Below are positions 1 through 6,686 of a DNA stretch of 64,000 nucleotides, in pieces. Made by a program: the position numbers and the translations under genes. The stretch's first letter is position 1; each line of letters starts with the position of its first letter. The DNA is from a virus. The notes beneath the pieces were generated by a model, which saw only the letters and a list, made by a program, of their open reading frames with translations, made no database searches and had not been told where the DNA came from. The DNA lies in the IMG/VR virus record IMGVR_UViG_3300042898_003434, positions 1 through 64,000 of that record. One strand, given 5' to 3'.

Positions 1-59
1 TGAACCCAAACTTTTGAGTCTATAGCCTCATAACGTCTGCCAATTGTCGTAACTATATA
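1..59 (-). tRNA. degenerate tRNA-like sequence, truncated at window edge
   Basis: Reverse complement shows D-loop-like AATTGGCAGAC, stem TGAG/CTCA and T-stem start TTGGG-TTCA; anticodon loop is non-canonical and the 3' end lies outside the window. Confidence 0.35.
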
Positions 60-67
60 TGTAAAAT

Positions 68-172
68 TGATTCGCATGGTTGGATTCGAACCAACGGCAC
101 GTGCTTTATCACACTTTTGCGGTGTCATTTACCATCATAGTGAGCACTGGTCTACCTCTGAACTACATACGA
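68..172 (-). tRNA. tRNA-Ile(GAT) with 30-nt insertion (112-141) in the anticodon loop
   Basis: Acceptor TCGTATG/CATGCGA, D-arm, anticodon stem GTGCT/AGCAC, T-arm GTTGG-TTCGAAT-CCAAC; 37-nt loop collapses to canonical CT-GAT-AA if 112-141 is removed; ends A-TCA rather than CCA. Confidence 0.7.
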
Positions 173-175
173 AAC

Positions 176-251
176 TGGTGCAGTAGGCGGGACTCGAACC
201 CGCAGACCTCTTCGTTGGCAACGAAGCATTCTACCATTGAACTACTACTGC
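176..251 (-). tRNA. tRNA-Gly(GCC)
   Basis: Full cloverleaf, GCAGTAG/CTACTGC, loop TT-GCC-AA, encoded CCA. Confidence 0.95.
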
Positions 252-259
252 ATATAAAT

Positions 260-335
260 TGGTGGCGATGGTAGGACTCTAACCTACAACCTGCTGTTTC
301 GAAGACAGTCGCTCTATACATTGAGCTACATCGCC
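260..335 (-). tRNA. tRNA-Arg(TCG)
   Basis: GGCGATG/CATCGCC acceptor, loop CT-TCG-AA, T-loop variant TTAGAGT, CCA. Confidence 0.92.
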
Positions 336-341
336 ATATTC

Positions 342-416
342 TGGAGCCAGATACGAGAGTCGAACTCGTTTTTCAACTTTACAAGAGTTGCACATCACCA
401 CTTATGTTTATCCGGC
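342..416 (-). tRNA. tRNA-Thr(TGT)
   Basis: GCCGGAT/ATCTGGC acceptor, CAACT-CTTGTAA-AGTTG anticodon arm, CCA. Confidence 0.92.
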
Positions 417-418
417 AT

Positions 419-452
419 AAAAAAAGCGAAGAATTTAATCTTCGCTTTTGTT
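419..452. terminator. intrinsic terminator (probably bidirectional)
   Basis: AAAAGCGAAGA/TCTTCGCTTTT inverted repeat flanked by A and T tracts, just after the stop of 473..916. Confidence 0.75.
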
Positions 453-472
453 TTTAAATTGTAAACAAAATC

Positions 473-916
473 TTATTCTTTGTTTTCTTCTTCTAGTCTT
501 TTATATTGATTCGAGATCGCCATAATACTAGACATAAATATTTTCTTGGTAGCGGCTCTGTCGATACCAACTGCTTCTGCTTCAATGAAAGCATCTCGCA
601 TTGCTTTTTTCATCTTGTTTTCAAAATCAACTTTGATCTTTTGAACTTTTTGTCTAGCACCGGCCCGCATCTTAGATTGCTTACCACCGCCAACGCCTGG
701 ATTTTTTGGATCAAACGCTTTCTTATATTTTACACCCTTGTCATGTGTTTGAGCAAATCTGTCGTAGTGGGATTTACCACTGTCTGGACTTTCTGGTGCA
801 AACGTTTTCTTGATGCCTTTCCACATATCGGATCCCCAACCTTCATCCATTTCGTGTTCTTGAACGACTTCTTGAACGCATTCAGCTATTAGTTTCTTTA
901 GATCTTCGTTTGTCAT
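473..916 (-). CDS. hypothetical protein with N-terminal LKKLIAE leader motif
   Basis: 147-aa ORF, TATTTATA motif 15 nt upstream, followed by a terminator. Confidence 0.75.
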   Translation of the reverse strand: MTNEDLKKLIAECVQEVVQEHEMDEGWGSDMWKGIKKTFAPESPDSGKSHYDRFAQTHDKGVKYKKAFDPKNPGVGGGKQSKMRAGARQKVQKIKVDFENKMKKAMRDAFIEAEAVGIDRAATKKIFMSSIMAISNQYKRLEEENKE

Positions 917-969
917 ATATTGTGTATTTTATATAAATATACATATAATAACAAAAACATCTAATAATT

Positions 970-1057
970 TGGTAGAAGGAGAGGGATTCGAACCCACGGA
1001 AGCTTTCGCTTCGGGAGTTTAGTAAACTCCTGCTTTAAGCCACTCAGCCATCCTTCT
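970..1057 (-). tRNA. class II tRNA with ACT anticodon (tRNA-Ser(ACT))
   Basis: AGAAGGA/TCCTTCT acceptor, GGAGT-TTACTAA-ACTCC anticodon arm, long variable hairpin GAAGC-GAAA-GCTTC, CCA. Confidence 0.85.
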
Positions 1058-1068
1058 ATGTACTAAAA

Positions 1069-1154
1069 TGGTGGGCACGCTTGGACTCGAACCAAGGGTT
1101 ATCCGAAGAGGGGAGATTTACAGTCTCCTGCAATAGCCGCTATGCGACGCGCCC
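1069..1154 (-). tRNA. tRNA-Tyr(GTA)
   Basis: GGGCGCG/CGTGCCC acceptor, GGAGA-CTGTAAA-TCTCC, long variable region, CCA. Confidence 0.93.
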
Positions 1155-1160
1155 ATAAAA

Positions 1161-1269
1161 TAGTGAACCGTATAGGAATCAAACCTATCGACATTCTGTT
1201 CCATGCTTTAGCGTCATGTTGAATGTTCAACGTATTAACACCCGTAAGTGTTAAGATCAGTTTCGGTCC
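1161..1269 (-). ncRNA. tRNA-like RNA of non-canonical architecture
   Basis: Acceptor-like GGACCG/CGGTTC, T-arm ATAGG-TTTGATT-CCTAT, internal hairpins TTAACAC/GTGTTAA and ACATTC/GAATGT enclosing CATG/CATG; ends A-CTA. Confidence 0.55.
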
Positions 1270-1277
1270 AAAAAATT

Positions 1278-1316
1278 GTCATTTGAGTCAACCTCAATTT
1301 CGCCAATGACGTGGCG
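1278..1316 (-). ncRNA. compact pseudoknot element
   Basis: CGCCA/TGGCG stem whose loop GTCAT pairs with downstream ATGAC, with a TGAG/CTCA hairpin in between. Confidence 0.45.
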
Positions 1317-1325
1317 TTTGCAAAA

Positions 1326-2156
1326 TTATTCATATACTTTGATAAAATCTTTCCCATATTTTTGAATTGCATAATCAAGATACGGCTTTATCTTTTTTCT
1401 GTCGATGATTTCTAAATTGTGTTTAAATTGTGCATGTTTAGCCGCCCATTGTTTTGAGTTGTACCCTTTGACTTCGACGTAAGATTTATCCCCAACTATG
1501 AAATCGGGGTAGTATTTATGCGTCTGTGTTTCGAATTCATATTCAAATCCTTCGGTGTTTCTTTTGAATTTTATATCGTGGTCTAAAGCATAAATAACCC
1601 ACGCCAGTTCCCAAGAACTCTGACAATAGAATCCTTTATACCAACCTTGTTTACCTCTACCTCCTTTTTCTCGGAAACCTCCATTTCTTGACAAATCTCT
1701 CTTGGTATTGGAACATTTATGCGAACAAAATTTTCTCCTAGATGTCACAGGTTGAAATTTATTTCCACACCCTTTACATAGCACGGGTTTTAATTTTTTT
1801 TCGCCGTTGAACCAAGGATTTGTTTTTGATAAAATTGATTGCATCTTTTTCTCATTATCCGTCCAATGTCTGTGCCCGCCATCTTGTTGATTGAATGTTG
1901 CTGCACAAGCGGTGGAACAAAACTTGTTGTCTTTTTTGTTGTACGCCATGGAATCTCCACAGTATTTACATAGATTTGGATTATTCCTATATGCATTTTG
2001 TTTTTCAATATATTTTATTTCGTTTTTCTTTTTTAACGAAGATACTTGACAAATATTTGTACAATAGTGTATTCCTGTCTTTGACCTATTCACCTCGGAC
2101 TTTGATTTATTAAAGTCTATCCCACACTCTTCGCATTTACATTGTATCATATTCAT
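1326..2156 (-). CDS. putative free-standing homing endonuclease, PD-(D/E)xK (TnsA-N-like) with Zn-ribbon repeats
   Basis: SSWE...YYPDF...YVEVKG nuclease motif; three CxxC...(F/Y)Cxxxc units; embedded in tRNA array. Confidence 0.75.
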   Translation of the reverse strand: MNMIQCKCEECGIDFNKSKSEVNRSKTGIHYCTNICQVSSLKKKNEIKYIEKQNAYRNNPNLCKYCGDSMAYNKKDNKFCSTACAATFNQQDGGHRHWTDNEKKMQSILSKTNPWFNGEKKLKPVLCKGCGNKFQPVTSRRKFCSHKCSNTKRDLSRNGGFREKGGRGKQGWYKGFYCQSSWELAWVIYALDHDIKFKRNTEGFEYEFETQTHKYYPDFIVGDKSYVEVKGYNSKQWAAKHAQFKHNLEIIDRKKIKPYLDYAIQKYGKDFIKVYE

Positions 2157-2218
2157 ACTAATAAATAGTTAATATGGAGCGCAAAACGCTATTTGAACTT
2201 AATTATTTAAGTTTGATT

Positions 2219-2294
2219 TGGAGCATCGGACAGGGTTCGAACCTGCGACATCGAATTTGGAAAAATCGTACTCTACCAACTGAGCTACCGATGC
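2219..2294 (-). tRNA. tRNA-Gly(TCC)
   Basis: GCATCGG/CCGATGC acceptor, loop TT-TCC-AA, discriminator T, CCA. Confidence 0.93.
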
Positions 2295-2298
2295 AAAA

Positions 2299-2616
2299 TT
2301 ATTTTTTATTCAAGAAATCTTCTGGTTTCTTAGCAAACTTCTTTGAAAGAAGTGTTAAACCTTGAAGGATTTCTGGACTTATCACACCAGTTATGCCATA
2401 ACTGATTGCTTTTGTCAAGCTACTTACTTCAACTTGTTCTAAAATAAACCATGCTATTGTTGAACATATCGCAGCAGCGATGATTCGTTTGATTTGTTCG
2501 GTGCAAGTACGTTTTACACCATCCATGAAAGTTCTTGCCAACATGCCCAGTGCCCCAAGTAGAGCAACAATCCATCCGCCTCTTAAGAACTCCATGAGTA
2601 TATCTTTATCTTCCAT
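2299..2616 (-). CDS. small membrane protein, holin-like
   Basis: 105 aa, 2-3 hydrophobic helices, basic C-terminus; TATTTATA motif upstream. Confidence 0.5.
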   Translation of the reverse strand: MEDKDILMEFLRGGWIVALLGALGMLARTFMDGVKRTCTEQIKRIIAAAICSTIAWFILEQVEVSSLTKAISYGITGVISPEILQGLTLLSKKFAKKPEDFLNKK

Positions 2617-2688
2617 AAATTATAATGTATGTTTATAAATATGTTTCGTATCTAACAAAACTTCATTTTTATTTACTTTTTTTAAACT

Positions 2689-2772
2689 TGGTGGTGCCGA
2701 TGGGACTCGAACCCACGTTGTTTGTATATCTGGTTAAGAGCCAGAGCTATTCGCCGCTATAGGAACAGCACC
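2689..2772 (-). tRNA. tRNA-Lys(CTT) with enlarged 12-nt variable region
   Basis: GGTGCTG/CGGCACC acceptor, TCTGG-CTCTTAA-CCAGA, T-arm GTGGG-TTCGAGT-CCCAT, CCA. Confidence 0.85.
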
Positions 2773-2822
2773 ATGATAGTTTTTATTTATAGTCGCAACT
2801 AACAATAACGACTGTAAAATAT

Positions 2823-3005
2823 TTGGAGAAAAGCGCTCATCCTACGATCCGTAGGTAATATTGCGCCTTTCTCCAACTTTATACTAAAAATAACATGTCA
2901 CTTCGGCCTCACAACAGATAAACTATCTCTGTTGATATTGATTCCCACAAAACGGTCGCTATCGCGCCGGTGGCTATTTTAGTGCTTCGGGGTGCATTTT
3001 TACCC
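2823..3005 (-). ncRNA. structured non-coding region at the 5' end of the tRNA array
   Basis: Long hairpin 2823-2876 and a multi-stem junction 2883-2983; no long ORF; GC-richer than flanks. Confidence 0.45.
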
Positions 3006-3049
3006 ATCTAAATTGTACTGTGAAAAAACTTGAAATTGATACTTCCTCG

Positions 3050-3077
3050 ACTCTACTTACTTTTTTTTATTTGTCAA
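3050..3077 (-). promoter_or_regulatory. sigma70-type promoter facing the tRNA array
   Basis: TTGACA-16 nt-TAGAGT. Confidence 0.6.
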
Positions 3078-3098
3078 ACTTTTTTTATCAAATATCCT

Positions 3099-3135
3099 AA
3101 AATAAAAAACCCACCTCTTTTTAGGAAGGTGGGGC
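3099..3135 (-). terminator. intrinsic terminator (attenuator hairpin)
   Basis: CCCACCT/AGGTGGG stem followed by TTTTTTATTTT. Confidence 0.85.
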
Positions 3136-3163
3136 AATTTAGGTTAGACTTTTTATAATCTCC

Positions 3164-3277
3164 TTATGCCACACCTTTCGTATCACGACCTTCATTGGCT
3201 CCTAGTGTCGGTTGCGCAATAAAGCACAAGCTCCAATAGGAGTTCGAATTTTGTGATTTATGTGCTACGCTGTTCAT
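3164..3277 (-). CDS. 37-aa leader peptide of putative tRNA-array attenuator (MNSVAHKSQNSNSYWSLCFIAQPTLGANEGRDTKGVA)
   Basis: ATG..TAA ORF below the ORF-track cut-off; contains all 20 amino acids; last codons are complementary to the terminator 5' strand; TATTTATT motif at 3299-3306. Confidence 0.7.
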   Translation of the reverse strand: MNSVAHKSQNSNSYWSLCFIAQPTLGANEGRDTKGVA

Positions 3278-3393
3278 AGAAATGATGCTTTGTTATTTAA
3301 TAAATACAACGATGATATGAAAAAAATCAAATGTCAAACACTTTTTTATTAAAAAAGTAATATTTTTTCACTTTTCTTGTTAAAAACGATGAA

Positions 3394-5469
3394 TTATTTG
3401 GAAGTTGCTCTAAAAACGCCGTCCCAATCTGGGGGAAGATTACTCTTTCTAAGCTCTCCGATTCTTTCTATCATCATCTCATAATAGTGTATAAGTTCTT
3501 TATTATGTTTCATTAACACTTCTGCTGTGCTAATTGCTTTATCCCAATTTTGCATTCTGTATTGATTCAAAAACTCGGAATGTACCGAAAAAACTGCACT
3601 TGGGAAGGGCATTCCTTGGTTTTCAAGTACGGTATAAATTTTCACGCCTTCTTTTTTACCTTTGACGGCAATCCAATCTAACTCAGTTATATTCGTAATT
3701 TTTACACCGTTTTGTTCTTTTTTGTATTTTTCTACAGTATTTTCTCCCAAAATAATCAACACGCCGTATGTTTTAGTTTGGCCTTCTAGTCGCGACGCAA
3801 GATTCACCGCGTCTCCAAGTATATCATAACTAAACCGCTCTTTCGATCCCATATTTCCAACAACAACCTCTCCGGTATTTATTCCTATACCAATTGAAAG
3901 AGTTGGAATTCCTTTTGCTTTCAATTCCGCGTTGAGTTGAGTTAATGCAATATTCATTTCACGCGCAGTTTTTATTGCAAGTGTTGCTTGATCTTCGACA
4001 TGAATTGGTGCCGACCACCACGCCATCACGGCGTCTCCGATAAGTTTTCCAACGGTACCTTCATTTTTCATTACTATGGGCAACATAGCATCCATATAAA
4101 GATTGATGAGCGACGTTAATCCTTGCACGTCTTTTCCAAAATGTTCAGATAACGCGGTATACCCTCTTATATCGGAAAATAATATAGTTAATTCTTTAGA
4201 TTCCCCTCCCAATTGTAATAAATTTGGATTCTTCTGCAACTTTTCCACCATTGCTGGGGCGAGATATGTACCGAACTGCTTCTTGATTTGCATCTTAAGT
4301 TTATATTCCATCACAAATCTCATGAATATTGCTCCTACCCACGGTAAAAACAAAGCAAGTGTTGGCCAAGTATAATCCAATAAGTAACCATGTTTGTTGA
4401 AAACATAAAATCCAACTGCGGTTGGTACGCACAACAGCGCAGTTACCAATACTCCGTTGTAAACATATCCGAGATATGCAGCGGCTAAAATTAAAAGTAT
4501 TCCAAAGGTTGCACCAACGATTAGTTCATACAAATCAAACTCGGCTTTTCTTTCCAGTCTGTTTCCATCTACCAACATCTGCAAAGTTTGCATACTAACT
4601 TCATATCCTTGAGATATTCCAACCGGCGTTGCTACTGTGTTCGCCAATCCTTCAGCCGTTAATGCCATCACAACAATCTTCCCACTTGCTTTAGACCAAT
4701 CTGCGTCGGTGTATGAAATACTCTCAAATTTGTATTTAAAATTGACCCACACTCTGCCGTTTGCATCGGTGTTTATCGGCGGTGTACCTTTTACTCGAAC
4801 CGCTTGTATTCCGGCGTCATTTATTTTCGCTTGATAGCTGGGTTCTCCACCAAAGACTCGTAGAATTTCTAACGGCAGGGTTGGATATGTTTCTTTTTTA
4901 ACTTGTATAATTAAAGGTAATCGTCTCACCACCCCATCCAGTTCCGGCGCTGTTAATAACATGCCCACACCGGCAGACGACTCTCCGATTTCTTTAACTG
5001 GACCGATTGCATTCGGATAATCATATAACCAACCGTCAGATTGACCTCCAACACTTGCTAGTCCTCTTGGAACAGGAACTCCTTTGCCTTTTACAGATGC
5101 AGATTGCGACGTGATAACAGGAACTTTTTGCAGAATGTCGATGAATTCTGGGTCTCCGCCCATTCTATCTTTTTCAGCGAAAATAATAGGAAGAACGACA
5201 AGCGCAGCCTCGTTTTCAAATGCTTTCTTTATACCGTCGGCCAACTCTGTTCTTGGCCATGGCCATTGACCTTTTTCTTCCAAACTTTTCTCGTCTATTT
5301 CAATTACAACCACATTTTCACTTTTAACTTTTGGTTGTGATCGTTGATAATAATCCAACCCTTTCAATCGTATTACTTCTATTGGGTATGGATCTACTAT
5401 TCGCAATGTTATTATAGAAACCAATATAATTGCGCCCACGGCAAATAATTTTAATAGATAAGATTTCAT
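3394..5469 (-). CDS. CHASE2-domain class III adenylate cyclase
   Basis: GQWPWPR and DGVVRRLPL CHASE2 motifs, three TM helices, cyclase motifs FSDIRG, KLIGDAVM, GINTG, YDILGDAVNLASRLE. Confidence 0.95.
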   Translation of the reverse strand: MKSYLLKLFAVGAIILVSIITLRIVDPYPIEVIRLKGLDYYQRSQPKVKSENVVVIEIDEKSLEEKGQWPWPRTELADGIKKAFENEAALVVLPIIFAEKDRMGGDPEFIDILQKVPVITSQSASVKGKGVPVPRGLASVGGQSDGWLYDYPNAIGPVKEIGESSAGVGMLLTAPELDGVVRRLPLIIQVKKETYPTLPLEILRVFGGEPSYQAKINDAGIQAVRVKGTPPINTDANGRVWVNFKYKFESISYTDADWSKASGKIVVMALTAEGLANTVATPVGISQGYEVSMQTLQMLVDGNRLERKAEFDLYELIVGATFGILLILAAAYLGYVYNGVLVTALLCVPTAVGFYVFNKHGYLLDYTWPTLALFLPWVGAIFMRFVMEYKLKMQIKKQFGTYLAPAMVEKLQKNPNLLQLGGESKELTILFSDIRGYTALSEHFGKDVQGLTSLINLYMDAMLPIVMKNEGTVGKLIGDAVMAWWSAPIHVEDQATLAIKTAREMNIALTQLNAELKAKGIPTLSIGIGINTGEVVVGNMGSKERFSYDILGDAVNLASRLEGQTKTYGVLIILGENTVEKYKKEQNGVKITNITELDWIAVKGKKEGVKIYTVLENQGMPFPSAVFSVHSEFLNQYRMQNWDKAISTAEVLMKHNKELIHYYEMMIERIGELRKSNLPPDWDGVFRATSK

Positions 5470-6683
5470 CTTTGAGTAATGTTTACTTTCAGTTTTGATC
5501 CGAAATTCAATAGATAATCTTCAGTACCATTTTGATCCGTTACAGAGAATGTAGCATTTGTATCCACCTTTACTTTATAAAAAATCGTACCTTTTCCAGT
5601 GCTTATATTTAAAATCGCACTTATGCCGTCCGTAGTAAATCCGCCGTTTGTAATAACAGTTCCCATGGTGATCGCTCGGGTGGCCGCAGTTTGTAGTGCA
5701 GTAGGTATAGATTGTTTCAACAATGCATCTATAATCGCAATACCGGTTTCAGGTTGTAGTTTACTGATATCAAGAGTAACGGACGCCAATTCAACCGACA
5801 ATGAACTTGAAGCTTCTTCCGTTTGAACTTCCGCCACCGATGCTTCTTCGGATGACGTGCTGCTTTCTGAAGAATTTTCCACCTGTGCTACAGATGTCGA
5901 CTGGTTTGATACGGCAGTTGAATTACCTTTTGCATCTACTTTAGCAGATGCCGATTTTTTATTTGATGATCCGTCGTCTTCTTTACTTACTTGTACGGGG
6001 GCTTTTTTAGCTTCTTTTGCTGCCTGTGTTACCGATTTTGGCGTATCTAGTATCAACATATTGTTAACTTTTGTTTCGTCGTCGAAATTAAGAAGTACCG
6101 GTGCAGACGGTACTACATTTGACGATGCGACTAATGTGGCCTGATATGCTTTTGTTAACACCACCGTCCCAAGCCCGTTTGTAACTTGTATACTTCCCAC
6201 GACCGGTGGGCCATATTGCGCAAGTGATGGTAGTAGAATTATCAAACTTCTACCAAGCTCGTCTACGGTCAAGGAAAAGTCGGTCCCACGCACGGCCACC
6301 GACGCCGTAGGGGTGTTGATTTTTACTTCGTCTCTATTATTTTTTGCTATAAGTCCGGACGCGTATCTAATCGTTCCGAGTGAGGCTTTCAACCCCAATT
6401 TACCTTTGCCACTCGCTGGATCATATACAAACGTATCTATAACCAATTTACTGAATTCGGTGCATTGAACTCTGGTGCCGTCTACGAACGTAATACCTAC
6501 ACGAGATCTTAAAGTCTCGATAGTATCTTCCATTTCTATTTCGACATCAAGTTTACCGTCAATTTTATCGTAGTCTCTTGTCACTTGAGTAGGACCAGTC
6601 ACCTCGGTAATTTTACCGGCAGCACCGAATAAGTTGGAGCAAAATAATACCCCAACTAATATCAGTATAACTTTTTGAACCAT
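5466..6683 (-). CDS. exported FecR-domain protein
   Basis: Signal peptide; ITFVDGT and INTPTASVAVRGTDF FecR motifs; Ser/Glu-rich linker. Confidence 0.85.
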   Translation of the reverse strand: MVQKVILILVGVLFCSNLFGAAGKITEVTGPTQVTRDYDKIDGKLDVEIEMEDTIETLRSRVGITFVDGTRVQCTEFSKLVIDTFVYDPASGKGKLGLKASLGTIRYASGLIAKNNRDEVKINTPTASVAVRGTDFSLTVDELGRSLIILLPSLAQYGPPVVGSIQVTNGLGTVVLTKAYQATLVASSNVVPSAPVLLNFDDETKVNNMLILDTPKSVTQAAKEAKKAPVQVSKEDDGSSNKKSASAKVDAKGNSTAVSNQSTSVAQVENSSESSTSSEEASVAEVQTEEASSSLSVELASVTLDISKLQPETGIAIIDALLKQSIPTALQTAATRAITMGTVITNGGFTTDGISAILNISTGKGTIFYKVKVDTNATFSVTDQNGTEDYLLNFGSKLKVNITQR

Positions 6684-6686
6684 TCC

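Noticed and set aside
106-142. Amber-suppressor reading (CTA) of the interrupted tRNA, and the CTA in the loop of 1161-1269
   Set aside because: Neither has U33 in the required position; the CT-GAT-AA reconstruction is canonical and there is no recoding signal.
80-274. 64-aa plus-strand ORF (and 2174..2365)
   Set aside because: Antisense to tRNA genes; a translation artefact.
2175-2200. tRNA 3'-end-like fragment (GTTCAAAT...GCGCTCCA)
   Set aside because: No T-stem pairing or 5' half; at most a remnant.
1161-2218. Group I intron or tmRNA surrounding the endonuclease gene
   Set aside because: Only about 60 nt upstream of the ORF, no recognisable P7 core, no split exon, and no tag reading frame.
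2883-3005. Known riboswitch (glycine, cobalamin, c-di-AMP) suggested by CCGAAG and GGGAA words
   Set aside because: Remaining consensus elements are absent; kept only as an unclassified structured RNA.
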